Assembly: GCA_963588475.1 (NCBI GenBank) | Contig: CAVAHD010000003.1 | Span: 66,704-130,703 of the forward strand | Source: Oscillospiraceae bacterium | GTDB lineage: Bacteria; Bacteroidota; Bacteroidia; Bacteroidales; Bacteroidaceae | Reading direction: 5' to 3' | DNA: 64,000 nt | Shown: positions 31,419 through 42,201 of the stretch, piece after piece | Layout of the letters: each line of letters opens with the position of its first letter | Position numbering within the stretch: the stretch's first letter is position 1 | Position numbers and translations under genes: made by a program | Notes under the pieces: generated by a model | The model's database searches: none | What the model was told of the DNA's origin: nothing | Seen by the model: the letters and a program-made list of their open reading frames with translations, nothing else

Positions 31419-32515
31419 CTTTATATCCAAAACTCATAACCGACGCGCTGGCCACTGTCACGTACGCCGGAACGAAGAAGAACATCATAGAGAGCGAGAT
31501 GCTCGCAGACCAGCCGAAGATAGACGGCATGAAGGTGGAGATAGTGCTCCTCTTCCCGAAGGAGACAGACCCCTTCCTGAAGTCGACGCTGAAGGCCTGC
31601 GAGGCAGCCATACACTACCACGTGTCCAAGGAAGTGGAAGTGACGATAAAGACAGAGTTCAAGTCGGCCCCACGTCCCGAGGACGACAAGCTCCTCCCCG
31701 AGGTGAAGAACATCATCGCCGTCAGCTCCGGCAAGGGCGGTGTGGGCAAGAGCACCGTCAGTGCCAACCTCGCCATCTCGCTCGCCCGTCTGGGTTATAG
31801 CGTAGGTCTGCTCGACACGGATATCTTCGGACCTTCCATGCCGAAGATGTTCCAGTGTGAGGACGCACGCCCGTATGCCGTGGAGAAGGACGGCCGTCAG
31901 CTCATAGAGCCTATCGAGCAGTATGGCGTGAAGATACTCTCCATCGGTTTCTTCGTAAACAAGGACACCGCTACGTTGTGGCGCGGCGGCATGGCATGTA
32001 GCGCACTGAAGCAGCTCATCGCCGACGCCGACTGGGGCGCGCTCGACTACCTCATCCTCGACACCCCGCCGGGAACGTCCGACATTCACCTCTCGCTCCT
32101 ACAGACACTCTCCATCACGGGTGCCGTCATCGTCAGCACGCCGCAGCAGGTGGCACTCGCCGATGCGCGCAAGGGCATAGACATGTACACCAACGACAAG
32201 GTCAACGTGCCCATCCTCGGTCTGGTGGAGAACATGGCATGGTTTACCCCTGCCGAGCTCCCCGAGAACAAGTACTACATCTTCGGCAAGGAGGGATGCA
32301 AGAACCTCGCAGCCGAGATGAACGTCCCCCTGCTCGCCCAGATTCCGCTAGTACAGAGCATCTGCGAGAATGGTGATGCAGGCACGCCAGTAGCCCTCGA
32401 CGTAGCGTCCATGACCGGTCAAGCCTTCATCGCCCTGGCCCAAAGCGTAGTCACCGTAGTGAACCGCCGCAACGCCGAAAGAGCCAAGACCCAGCGCGTG
32501 CAGGTGAAGGACTGA
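31415..32515 (+). CDS. Mrp/ApbC-type iron-sulfur cluster carrier ATPase
   Basis: ATGA overlap with xseB. Motifs IIAVSSGKGGVGKSTVSANLA, LDTDIFGPS and LILDTPPGTSD are present. Confidence 0.9.
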   Translation: MTLYPKLITDALATVTYAGTKKNIIESEMLADQPKIDGMKVEIVLLFPKETDPFLKSTLKACEAAIHYHVSKEVEVTIKTEFKSAPRPEDDKLLPEVKNIIAVSSGKGGVGKSTVSANLAISLARLGYSVGLLDTDIFGPSMPKMFQCEDARPYAVEKDGRQLIEPIEQYGVKILSIGFFVNKDTATLWRGGMACSALKQLIADADWGALDYLILDTPPGTSDIHLSLLQTLSITGAVIVSTPQQVALADARKGIDMYTNDKVNVPILGLVENMAWFTPAELPENKYYIFGKEGCKNLAAEMNVPLLAQIPLVQSICENGDAGTPVALDVASMTGQAFIALAQSVVTVVNRRNAERAKTQRVQVKD

Positions 32516-32573
32516 TAGCTGTGGATAACTATAGTTAGGATATTGATTGCGAGTTAAAAAGAAAGAGAACAGG

Positions 32574-35500
32574 ATGAAGAGATACGCAATGATTGTTGGC
32601 GCAATGGCGATGGCTCTGTCTGTACAGGCGGAGTCGTACAGCTCGTTGTGGAACCAGTATAAGGCGGCTGAGGACAAGGACCAGCCCAAGACCGCCATTG
32701 CCGTGCTGAGGAAGATACAGAAGAAGGCGCAGAAGGACCGGAGCTACGGCAACCTTTTGGCTGCCCTGACACGCGAACTGCGCCAGCACGCTGAGGTGTC
32801 CGCAGACTCCCTCAACGCGCGCCGATCTATGCTGAAGGCACAGAGCAAGGCGTGGCACGCACAGGGCGAAGGCGTACTGGCAACCCTCTGCGACGTGGCG
32901 GCGTGCCAGTTTGGCGAAGGCAAGGAAGTGGCCGACATCGACTCGCTCCTCGCCTCCCGCGATGCCGCCGTATACACCAAGGCGAACGCCACGGCGGCTT
33001 ACGTGCCCTTCCTCGAAGAGGGCAAGAGCAGTCAGTATTGCAACAACGACCTGCTGCACGTCATCGGACTGCATACCGCGCAGTACGATGCCCTCATGCG
33101 CTACTACGGCGCACAGGGCAACGGCAAGGCAGTCTGCTTCATCGCTCCTATGAGCATAGAACTGAGCAACAAGGAGAAGGACATTCAAAAACTCGACTCG
33201 CTAATCTCCCTCTACGGCGACCTGCCCGAATGCGGCGCACTGGCACTGCCAAAGCTCGAACTGATAGAGTTTGATGCCACCAATTCCTACGGATACGATA
33301 AGGAGAGGGCAAAGAAAGCCCTCGAATGGATAGACGAGGCACTGCGCCGCTGGCCCGCGTACAAAGGCATCAACGTGCTGAAAAACAGTAGGGCGGAGCG
33401 GACACTGCCGCAGTTTGCCGTTAGCACCAGTAAGAGTGTGGTGAACACCACCACGCCCGTTGTGTTCCAATTTGAAAATGTGCACAACGTAGACGCGCTG
33501 ACGTTGACGCTGAAGAGCGACAAGGGGGCGGTGCGCACGTTTAAGCATTCCTTCGCAAAGCACGAGGAATACGAAGAGTACTCCGACACGCTGAACATAG
33601 GTCGACTGCCGCTGGGCGAGTGGACTGTAAGAGCCGAGGACGGCAAGGGCAAGATGTGGGAGACGTCAGCGACGCCGCTCTGCGTCACGAACTTGCGCGT
33701 GGTCAGCCAGGCGTTGCCGGGCGACAGTACACGCTACGTGGTGGTCAACGACGCGACGGGTCAGCCTGTGCCGGGTGCGACTCTCCGCTTTACTACCATT
33801 GATAATAAGAAGACCACTACCACCGCCACGACAGATGCAAACGGCGAGTACGTGAGGAAGGTAAGCGCCCCTTACGATGTCTCAGCGACGAAGGGGGACG
33901 ACACGGCAGCTCCGACAGCACGCAACTACAGCTGGCGGATGGGCGTGTACACCCCAAGGGACACCGTAGGGTACGGCAATTCGTACACCGACCGCAGCAT
34001 CTACCGTCCCGGTCAGACCGTGCATGCCGTACTCGTACGCTCGCTGCTCATTAAAGGCACAGAGACAAAGGCAAAGGGCGGCGAGACGTTCAAGGCTGTG
34101 CTGTACAACGCGGACAACGAGCAAGTAGAGCAGAAGTCCGTCATCACAGACGAATACGGCACGGCAGCGGTAGACTTCGTCCTGCCGAAAGAGGGCAAGA
34201 ACGGTCAGTATCGCATAGCATTCATCGGCGCGTCCACCAATGCATACTTCAGCGTGGAGGAGTACAAGCGTCCGGCGTTCGAGGTGAGCATCGATGAACC
34301 GAAGCAAGACTACAAAGACGGCGACACGCTGCACGTGAAGGGCTACGCCACGACCTACAGCGGAGTGGCTGTGGCCAATGCTCGCGTAGCATACAAGATA
34401 TCGCAGGGCTACTCATGGTGGTGGCGCAAGGGCGGCAACGACGTGGTGCTCACCGATACGGTGTACACTCAGTCGGACGGCTCGTTCACGATGACCATGC
34501 CAATGACGCTGCCCAAGCAGGACGAGGACGGCAGTCCGTTACGCTGCTGCTTCTACAACATACAGGCGGAAGCCACCGTCACGGACGTTGCAGGTGAGAG
34601 TCATACCGCAACCCTCTCGCTCCCGCTGAGCAACCGCAACACCTACCTCAGTTGCGACCTGACGGGTACGCTGCTTGCCGACTCCCTCGTCGCCTTCACC
34701 CCAAAGAGAGTGAACGCGCGCGGCACGGCGATAGACGGCACGGTAAAGGTAAGCCTCGATGGCAAACCGTTGGCCTCAGCGCAGGCAAACAAGAAATACA
34801 CGCTGCCAAAAACGGTAGCGTCCGGCAAGCACACAGTACAACTCGTATGTGAGGGAGATACGGTCAACTGCGACTTCGTGGCGTTCCGCAAGAGCGACAC
34901 CGTACCGATGACCTACACCCACGACTGGTTCTACGCCTCCTCGGGGAAGTTCGACGAGAAGACCGGCGAGGCATGGATACAGTACGGTTCGTCGGACAAG
35001 GACGTGCACGTGGTCTATACCATTGTGGCTAACAATAATGTACTGGAGCGCGGCACGACGAGTCTCAGCAACTCCGTCCGTACGCGTACCTTTATATATA
35101 AGGAGGAGTACGGCAACGGCATCTCCATCAGTATGGCGTGGGTGAAAGACGGCAAACTCTATCAGCATACCGCCACCATTACCCGTCCGCTGCCGTCAAA
35201 GAAACTGACGATGGAGTGGAGGACCTTCCGCAACAAGCTACAGCCCGGTCAGAAGGAGGAGTGGACCTTGAAGATAAAGAACCCCGATGGTACGCCGGCC
35301 AAGGCACAGACCATGGCCGTACTGTACGACAAGTCGCTCGATGCCATACGCCCACATTCGTGGATCATCAGCGACCCACGTAGCATCAGCGTCCCCGTGG
35401 CACGCTGGAACTCACGTTCGGCTTACTCGCTTACCTTCGGGGCAAGGGAAGACTATACACGGCTTGACTCTCCGGTGGAGCAGTACACTGTCATTGCCGA

Positions 35501-37718
35501 CGACTGCCGCTGGGGCGACCTGCAGGCACGTGGCCTTTACTCCCTGACACGCAGCAACTTCGCAATGGCAAGACACGCTGCCGTGGGTTCCGTGATGCGG
35601 ATGGAAGCAGAACCAATGGCATTGATGGACGCTGAGGACCGTTCGGAGGGAAAGAAGTATAAGAATGCGACAAACGGGTCTGAGGAGGAGCAAAAGCCCA
35701 ACGAGCAGCCATACCGCGAGAACTTCAACGAGACGGCGTTCTTCATGCCTGCACTCGTCACCGACGCAAAAGGCTGCACGTCACTGCGCTTCACCCTCCC
35801 CGAGAGCGTCACCACGTGGAGCTTCATGGCCGTGGCACACGACAAGGAGATGCGCCAGGCACTGATGACCGACGAGGCTGTGGCCCAGAAGCAACTCATG
35901 ATACAGCCGCGCATGCCACGGTTCCTGCGCCAAGGAGACAAGGCAACGGTAAGTGCCTCAGTGGCAAACCTCTCCGGCAAGCCGATGAGCGTAAAGACCA
36001 CCATGACAATACTCGACCCATGGACCGAGCGCGTCGTAACCAAGCAGGAGAAGACCGTAGCGGTGAAGGCTGGCGAGACGGGAAACGCCACGTTCGACAT
36101 CAACCCGGCGGACACCCTGTCGTCTTACATCTGCCGCTTCTCGGCCGAGGCACCGGGATATACCGATGGCGAGCAGCACCTCTTGCCTGTGCTCTCTGAC
36201 GAAGAGGAAGTGACCGAGACACGCTCATACATCCTCACGCAACCGACAGACACCGTCCTTAACTTGCGCGATATGTCTAACGGAACGGGAGCGACAAAGG
36301 TGAAGGTGCAGTACACGGACAATCCCGCGTGGCTCATGATGGAGACGCTGCCCGCCGTGGCAAAGGGATGCAGCAGCAATGCCATAAGCCTCTCTACGGC
36401 AGTATATGCCAACGTAGCAGCCGCTGCGCTGAAGGACACCGCCGTCGTAGCGGAGAACGAGGCACTGCTGAAGCAACTCGCTGACTTACAGCGTACCGAC
36501 GGATCATTCTCATGGTGGAAGGGCATGGAAGGCAGTGTCTATATGACTACCGCTGTGGCAAAGACTCTCTCGCGACTCAATGCCATAGCCGGGCAGCAGA
36601 GCACGACGAAGCAGATGCTCGACCGTGCCTTCGCCTATCTCAAAATAGAGATGACGAAGCGCGTGGACGAGATGAAGAAGGATGCCAAGAAGAAAGGCTA
36701 CGAACCGTACATCTCGACGACGGCACTCGACTGGCTCTACGCCCTCACCATTGAAGGTAGAAACGGCGGCGAGGCGGCGGACTACCTTCGTAAGCTAATC
36801 GTAAAGGACATGGCCAAGGCGGATATGGAGACCAAGGCAGTGGCCGCCATAGTACTCTACCACAACGGTGAGAAGGCTAAGGCGCGTGAGTTTGCCGAGG
36901 CTATAAAGCAGCACACCGTATACCGCGAGGACGTAGGACGCTACTTCGACTCCTACCGCGCCGAGTACCACTGGTGCGACTACCGCATACCGACACAGAC
37001 CATGGCGATAGAGGCACTGCGCAGTGTGACGCCGGACGACCGGGAGACCATCACGCAGATGCAGCGTTGGCTGCTGAGCTGTAAGCACACCCAGCAGTGG
37101 GACACGCCGTACAACACGGTAAATGCAGTGCATGCCTTCTTCTGCGGAGACAAGTCGGTGTTGGCGACTGCCAAGGGCGACACCGTGCTGGTAGACAAGA
37201 CTGTAGCACCTGTTGAGGCTAAGAACGCGGAAGCCTTCGCCGTGCCAGTCCACAAGACAAGCATTTGCGAGTCGTGGGCTGCGGCGTACGTGACGTACAG
37301 GCAGAAGTCCGTCGACATCAAGAGCAGCAGCAACGGCATCAGCGTGAGCCGCGAGGTGGTTGGCGCAAAGAACGCCAAGGTGGGTGACCGCATCAAGGTG
37401 CGCCTTACCATTACGGCCGACCGCGACTACGACTTCGTCACCGTCACCGACAACCGTGCCGCTTGTCTCGAACCAGTAGACCAAACATCAGGCTACCGTG
37501 GCACGTGGGGCAACGGTTACTATGCCGAGATGCGCGACCAGAAGTCCTGCTTCCACTTCAACCAGCTCAGCAAGGGCGTGCACACCATAGAGACGGAGTA
37601 CTACCTCGACCGCCAAGGCACATACGCCTCGGGCAGCACCACGGCGGTATGCACCTACGCTCCAGAGTATAGGGCAACAATTCCTGGCACGAAGATGAAG
37701 GGCGGAAGCCTAAAGTAA
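32574..37718 (+). CDS. alpha-2-macroglobulin family protein (no thioester motif)
   Basis: 1714 aa with a signal peptide MKRYAMIVGAMAMALSVQA and repeated MG-like beta domains. At the expected GCxEQ position the sequence reads AKGCSSNAIS. Confidence 0.85.
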   Translation: MKRYAMIVGAMAMALSVQAESYSSLWNQYKAAEDKDQPKTAIAVLRKIQKKAQKDRSYGNLLAALTRELRQHAEVSADSLNARRSMLKAQSKAWHAQGEGVLATLCDVAACQFGEGKEVADIDSLLASRDAAVYTKANATAAYVPFLEEGKSSQYCNNDLLHVIGLHTAQYDALMRYYGAQGNGKAVCFIAPMSIELSNKEKDIQKLDSLISLYGDLPECGALALPKLELIEFDATNSYGYDKERAKKALEWIDEALRRWPAYKGINVLKNSRAERTLPQFAVSTSKSVVNTTTPVVFQFENVHNVDALTLTLKSDKGAVRTFKHSFAKHEEYEEYSDTLNIGRLPLGEWTVRAEDGKGKMWETSATPLCVTNLRVVSQALPGDSTRYVVVNDATGQPVPGATLRFTTIDNKKTTTTATTDANGEYVRKVSAPYDVSATKGDDTAAPTARNYSWRMGVYTPRDTVGYGNSYTDRSIYRPGQTVHAVLVRSLLIKGTETKAKGGETFKAVLYNADNEQVEQKSVITDEYGTAAVDFVLPKEGKNGQYRIAFIGASTNAYFSVEEYKRPAFEVSIDEPKQDYKDGDTLHVKGYATTYSGVAVANARVAYKISQGYSWWWRKGGNDVVLTDTVYTQSDGSFTMTMPMTLPKQDEDGSPLRCCFYNIQAEATVTDVAGESHTATLSLPLSNRNTYLSCDLTGTLLADSLVAFTPKRVNARGTAIDGTVKVSLDGKPLASAQANKKYTLPKTVASGKHTVQLVCEGDTVNCDFVAFRKSDTVPMTYTHDWFYASSGKFDEKTGEAWIQYGSSDKDVHVVYTIVANNNVLERGTTSLSNSVRTRTFIYKEEYGNGISISMAWVKDGKLYQHTATITRPLPSKKLTMEWRTFRNKLQPGQKEEWTLKIKNPDGTPAKAQTMAVLYDKSLDAIRPHSWIISDPRSISVPVARWNSRSAYSLTFGAREDYTRLDSPVEQYTVIADDCRWGDLQARGLYSLTRSNFAMARHAAVGSVMRMEAEPMALMDAEDRSEGKKYKNATNGSEEEQKPNEQPYRENFNETAFFMPALVTDAKGCTSLRFTLPESVTTWSFMAVAHDKEMRQALMTDEAVAQKQLMIQPRMPRFLRQGDKATVSASVANLSGKPMSVKTTMTILDPWTERVVTKQEKTVAVKAGETGNATFDINPADTLSSYICRFSAEAPGYTDGEQHLLPVLSDEEEVTETRSYILTQPTDTVLNLRDMSNGTGATKVKVQYTDNPAWLMMETLPAVAKGCSSNAISLSTAVYANVAAAALKDTAVVAENEALLKQLADLQRTDGSFSWWKGMEGSVYMTTAVAKTLSRLNAIAGQQSTTKQMLDRAFAYLKIEMTKRVDEMKKDAKKKGYEPYISTTALDWLYALTIEGRNGGEAADYLRKLIVKDMAKADMETKAVAAIVLYHNGEKAKAREFAEAIKQHTVYREDVGRYFDSYRAEYHWCDYRIPTQTMAIEALRSVTPDDRETITQMQRWLLSCKHTQQWDTPYNTVNAVHAFFCGDKSVLATAKGDTVLVDKTVAPVEAKNAEAFAVPVHKTSICESWAAAYVTYRQKSVDIKSSSNGISVSREVVGAKNAKVGDRIKVRLTITADRDYDFVTVTDNRAACLEPVDQTSGYRGTWGNGYYAEMRDQKSCFHFNQLSKGVHTIETEYYLDRQGTYASGSTTAVCTYAPEYRATIPGTKMKGGSLK

Positions 37719-37743
37719 ACGACAAAACAGTAACATCATTAGA

Positions 37744-38823
37744 ATGAGACTAAAACAACAGATATACACCATAGCACTATTGCTGGCAGCACAGACGGGC
37801 ATGGCGCAGAGTCTGGCTACCGTGTTCAAGGACGTGGAGTGCGGACAGATGCTATTCCGGCAGCCCACAACCGTCACCGTCGACGTGCGCAACACGTCGG
37901 CCGTGCCAGTGCAGATAAAGGACGTGGACACAGGGTGCGGCTGTACCGTGTCGAAATTTGAACGTACAGACATACAGCCGGGACATTTGGGACACATCAG
38001 CTTGACATTCGACTGCAAGCAGTTGGGACACTTCACACGTTTCGTACGTGTGTACGACACGTCGTCTGAGACTCCCGTGGAGTTCAATGTGAGCGGTCAG
38101 GTGGTGGCGAAGATAGAGTCATACTCGGGCGAATACCCATACAAGATGGGATCGCTGCTCGCCGATACCAACAGTGTGGAGTTTGACGATGTGCACCGCG
38201 GACAGCGCTTCTCCAAGGAGATACACATACTCAACCCGACGGGCAAGAATGCTACGCCGGTGCTGCTTCGTCTGCCGTCGTACCTGCAGGCCGACATGCG
38301 CCCGGCTACGCTCGGTCCGAAGCAGAAGGGCGTGATGACGGTGACGCTGAAGTCAAAGGAACTGCGCGACGACGACTACGGTCTGATGCAGTCCACCGTA
38401 TACCTTGGCAGCAACAATGCCGACCGCGTCAATCAGGATAAGGAAATTGCCATCTCGCTAGTGCTGCTGCCGCCGGCAGTGGCCAAGGACGACCCAAGCC
38501 GACAGTATGCACCATGCATGGAGATGTCCAAGAGCTCCATAGACTTGTCTATGTTGCAACAGAAGTCTAAGGCGCATGACGAGATAACGATAACCAACAC
38601 CGGCAAGTCCGTGTTGGAGATACAAAAGCTACAGATGTTCACGACGGGACTGGAGGTGTCCCTCAGCGACTCCAAGATAGAGCCAGGCAAGAGCGCCGCG
38701 CTGCACGTCAGTGCAAAGGCAAAGCAACTGAAGAAGGTGCGACACCGCCCACGTGTCATCATGATTACCAACGACCCCAACCAGCAGAAGGTTGTGCTGC
38801 ACGTAGACGGGGTTAAGAAGTAA
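37744..38823 (+). CDS. DUF1573 domain protein
   Basis: Signal peptide, then VECGQMLFRQPTTVTVDVRNTSAVPVQIKDVDTGCGCTV, which is the DUF1573 signature. Further Ig-like repeats follow. Confidence 0.75.
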   Translation: MRLKQQIYTIALLLAAQTGMAQSLATVFKDVECGQMLFRQPTTVTVDVRNTSAVPVQIKDVDTGCGCTVSKFERTDIQPGHLGHISLTFDCKQLGHFTRFVRVYDTSSETPVEFNVSGQVVAKIESYSGEYPYKMGSLLADTNSVEFDDVHRGQRFSKEIHILNPTGKNATPVLLRLPSYLQADMRPATLGPKQKGVMTVTLKSKELRDDDYGLMQSTVYLGSNNADRVNQDKEIAISLVLLPPAVAKDDPSRQYAPCMEMSKSSIDLSMLQQKSKAHDEITITNTGKSVLEIQKLQMFTTGLEVSLSDSKIEPGKSAALHVSAKAKQLKKVRHRPRVIMITNDPNQQKVVLHVDGVKK

Positions 38824-38870
38824 AAGGAAGTATAAAGGACGGTAATTTATAGAACCATCGGAGGAAGAAT

Positions 38871-39968
38871 ATGGACCATCCAGAGAACAGCGAAGAATAT
38901 AAGGGCTTGACCGTCAACAAAGGTGTGGAGTCGAAGCCTACTGTGAATCCTTACCTCAACCGTAAGAAGTTTGCACGCAGGGAGTTCACCGTCGACGAGA
39001 TGGTGGAGGGTATACTGCGTGGAGATGTCACTATGCTCTCGCGTGCCGTGACACTGGTGGAGAGCACCAATCCTGCGCACCAGGTGAAGGCGCAGCAGGT
39101 GGTGGAGCGCTGTCTGCCCCATAGCGGCAAGTCGATGCGCATAGGCATCAGCGGTGTGCCGGGAGCAGGAAAGTCCACGTCGATAGACCAGTTTGGTCTG
39201 CACGTCCTGGAGCGCAGCGGCGGCAAGCTGGCCGTCCTCGCCATCGACCCCTCTTCGGAGCGTTCAAAGGGAAGCATCCTCGGCGACAAAACACGTATGG
39301 AGAAACTCGCCATACACCCCAACACGTTCATACGCCCTAGTCCGTCGGCAGGCAGTCTGGGCGGCGTGGCACGCAAGACGCGCGAGACAGTGATACTATG
39401 CGAGGCGGCCGGATTCGACAAGATATTCATAGAGACAGTAGGGGTGGGGCAGAGCGAGACGGCGTGCCACTCTATGGTAGACTTCTTCCTCCTCATACAG
39501 GTGGCCGGAACCGGTGACGAGTTGCAGGGCATAAAGCGCGGCATCATGGAGATAAGCGACGGCATCGTCATCAACAAGTGCGACGGCGACAACGTGAAAC
39601 GCTGCCAAATGGCCGCCCAGGGATTCCGCAACGCTCTCCACTTCTTCCCCACGCCGGAGAGCGGATGGCTGCCAAAGGTGATGACGTACTCCGGCTTCTA
39701 CGGCTACGGCATCAAGGAGGTATGGGACATGATATACGAGTACTTCGACTTCGTCAAGGACAACGGATACTTCACCCTACGCCGCCAGCAGCAGAACAAA
39801 TACTGGATGTACGAGACCATCGACAACACCCTGCGCAACCGTTTCTACAACAATCCCGACATAAAGAAGGCATTGGCAGAGATGGAACAGCGTGTGGAGG
39901 CAGGAGAAAAGACCTCCTTCATGGCGGCGTACGACCTGTTGGATTATTACAAGACAATATCAAAATGA
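38871..39968 (+). CDS. meaB: MeaB/ArgK-type G3E GTPase
   Basis: GISGVPGAGKSTSIDQFG, IETVGVGQSE and INKCDGDN. Confidence 0.85.
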   Translation: MDHPENSEEYKGLTVNKGVESKPTVNPYLNRKKFARREFTVDEMVEGILRGDVTMLSRAVTLVESTNPAHQVKAQQVVERCLPHSGKSMRIGISGVPGAGKSTSIDQFGLHVLERSGGKLAVLAIDPSSERSKGSILGDKTRMEKLAIHPNTFIRPSPSAGSLGGVARKTRETVILCEAAGFDKIFIETVGVGQSETACHSMVDFFLLIQVAGTGDELQGIKRGIMEISDGIVINKCDGDNVKRCQMAAQGFRNALHFFPTPESGWLPKVMTYSGFYGYGIKEVWDMIYEYFDFVKDNGYFTLRRQQQNKYWMYETIDNTLRNRFYNNPDIKKALAEMEQRVEAGEKTSFMAAYDLLDYYKTISK

Positions 39969-40831
39969 TAGTAGAAATAGACAGCGGCTCCGGCTTCTGC
40001 TTTGGCGTGACTACCGCCATAGAGAAAGCCGAGGAAACACTGCGCGAGGGAAAACAACTCTATTGCCTCGGCGACATAGTACACAACGGTATGGAGTGCG
40101 AGCGACTGCGCAACGTGGGACTGGAGACCATCGACCACGATGAGTTTGCCCAGTTGCGCAATGTCACCGTACTGCTGCGTGCCCACGGTGAGCCACCGGC
40201 TACGTACGAGAAGGCACAGCAGAACGACATCAATATCATAGATGCCACCTGCCCCGTGGTGCTCGCCCTACAGAAGCGCATCAAAAGACGCTACGAGGAG
40301 ATAAAGAAAAACGCGGACCGCAAGGCGGACATCGTCATCTTCGGAAAGAAAGGACACGCCGAAGTGCTCGGACTGGTAGGACAGACAGAGGGCACGGCAA
40401 TAGTCATAGAGCACGCCGAGGATGCCGAGAGGCTCGACTTCTCCCACGACATATACCTGTACTCCCAGACTACAAAGTCGCTCGAGGAGTTTCACCGGGT
40501 GATAGACTACTGCCAGGCGCACATGAAGGAAGGGGCGACGTTCCAGTCGTTCGATACCATATGCAGACAGGTGGCAAACCGTATGCCCAACATCTGTCAG
40601 TTCGCCACGCGCCACGACCTGGTGCTCTTCGTCTGTGGAAGAAAGAGCAGCAACGGAAAGGTGCTCTACAACGCCTGCAAGGAGCAGAATCCCAACACTT
40701 ACCTCATAGAAGGTCCCGAGGAGATACTGCCCCAGTGGCTGAAGGACATCAACAGCGTAGGCATCTGCGGTGCTACGAGTACCCCAAAGTGGTTGATGGA
40801 ACAATGTAAGACTAAGATATACGAATTATGA
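39965..40831 (+). CDS. ispH: 4-hydroxy-3-methylbut-2-enyl diphosphate reductase
   Basis: ATGA overlap with meaB. Motifs GFCFGV, IVHN, ATCPVV and ICGATSTP are present. Confidence 0.9.
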   Translation: MIVEIDSGSGFCFGVTTAIEKAEETLREGKQLYCLGDIVHNGMECERLRNVGLETIDHDEFAQLRNVTVLLRAHGEPPATYEKAQQNDINIIDATCPVVLALQKRIKRRYEEIKKNADRKADIVIFGKKGHAEVLGLVGQTEGTAIVIEHAEDAERLDFSHDIYLYSQTTKSLEEFHRVIDYCQAHMKEGATFQSFDTICRQVANRMPNICQFATRHDLVLFVCGRKSSNGKVLYNACKEQNPNTYLIEGPEEILPQWLKDINSVGICGATSTPKWLMEQCKTKIYEL

Positions 40832-41526
40832 CTAAGAAGATTACAATAGCAATAGACGGCCACTCTTCATGCGGAAAGAGCACCATGGCCAAAGACCTCG
40901 CTAAGGAGGTAGGATATGTATACGTAGACACGGGCGCCATGTACCGTGCGGTTACACTCTACTCGATGCGCAACAACCTTTTTAAGGCAGACGGAGAGGT
41001 GGACCTTGCGGCCCTGGAGCAAAAGATGGGCGACATCGTCGTGTCCTTCAAGTTCAACGCAGAGGCAGGAAAGCCAGACACGTATCTCAACGGCGAGCTC
41101 GTAGAGAAGGAGATACGCTCGCTGGACGTGTCGCAGCGTGTCAGCAAGATAGCCGCCGTGCCTTTCGTGCGTGAAGCCATGGTGGCGCAGCAGCGTGAGA
41201 TGGGCAAGGAGAAGGGCGTTGTCATGGACGGCAGAGACATCGGCACCACCGTATTCCCAGATGCAGAACTGAAGGTGTTCGTCACCGCCAGCGCAGAGGT
41301 GCGCGCCCAGCGTCGCTACGACGAACTGCAGGCAAAGGGAATGCCGGCTGACTACGAGGACATACTGAAGAATGTTCAGGAGCGCGACTATATCGACTCA
41401 CACAGAGAGACATCGCCACTGCGACAGGCAGAGGATGCTCTGCTCCTTGACAATAGCAATATGACTATACCGGAGCAGAAGGAATGGCTGATGGACAAGT
41501 TCCGCAAAGCTTCATCTGAGGCGTAA
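40828..41526 (+). CDS. cmk: cytidylate kinase
   Basis: ATGA overlap with ispH. Motifs [30 protein letters not shown] and [13 protein letters not shown] are present. Confidence 0.9.
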   Translation: MTKKITIAIDGHSSCGKSTMAKDLAKEVGYVYVDTGAMYRAVTLYSMRNNLFKADGEVDLAALEQKMGDIVVSFKFNAEAGKPDTYLNGELVEKEIRSLDVSQRVSKIAAVPFVREAMVAQQREMGKEKGVVMDGRDIGTTVFPDAELKVFVTASAEVRAQRRYDELQAKGMPADYEDILKNVQERDYIDSHRETSPLRQAEDALLLDNSNMTIPEQKEWLMDKFRKASSEA

Positions 41527-41579
41527 CAGAACTTGTAAAGCAGCTGAGGCTATAACTGACAATAGAAAGCCCTTGAGGC

Positions 41580-42179
41580 ATGACTGATATGAAGGATAAC
41601 GACACTATAATATATAATGTAGAGGAAGAGCGTCCGCAACAGACGCTTGCCGAGCGTCACCTCGTGCTGCAGGACTCCGGCGAGGAACTCCTGCCGGAGA
41701 TAAACGAAAAGGGCGACGTGCTGCGTGCCATTACGCGTGCTGAGGCTCAGGACGGCAAGCAGATGCTGCTGCACCCCGTAGTACATTTGCACGTGTACAA
41801 CAGCAAGGGCGAGTTGTACCTACAGCACCGCGCCGCATGGAAAGCCGTGCAGCCGGACAAGTGGGACACCGCTATGGGGGGACACGTGGACTACGGCGAG
41901 ACGGTGCGACAGACGTTGGCGCGCGAGGTCTTCGAGGAGATAGGTATGCGCCCCGAGGACTACGAGCCGAAGTTCCTGAAGAAGTACGTCTACCAAAACG
42001 AGCTATACCGTGAGATGGTTTACGTCTTCTCCACTGTCTACGACGGACCACTGTCGCCCAGCGAGACGGAGACAAGTGGCGGACGCTTCTGGACGCTCGA
42101 CGAGATAAGGCAGAACATAGGCAAGGGAGTGTTCACGCCCATGTTCGACCAGGAGTTCCCTACGCTGCCGCTACCTTGA
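41580..42179 (+). CDS. NUDIX hydrolase
   Basis: Nudix box GGHVDYGETVRQTLAREVFEEIG. Confidence 0.8.
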   Translation: MTDMKDNDTIIYNVEEERPQQTLAERHLVLQDSGEELLPEINEKGDVLRAITRAEAQDGKQMLLHPVVHLHVYNSKGELYLQHRAAWKAVQPDKWDTAMGGHVDYGETVRQTLAREVFEEIGMRPEDYEPKFLKKYVYQNELYREMVYVFSTVYDGPLSPSETETSGGRFWTLDEIRQNIGKGVFTPMFDQEFPTLPLP

Positions 42180-42201
42180 CGGTGTTTATATACTAAAGAT
42201 A

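Noticed and set aside
31151-32515. N-terminally extended versions of the Mrp ATPase (454 aa) and of IspH (39578..40831, 417 aa)
   Set aside because: The extensions overlap xseB and meaB respectively in other frames. ATGA-coupled internal starts give proteins of canonical length.
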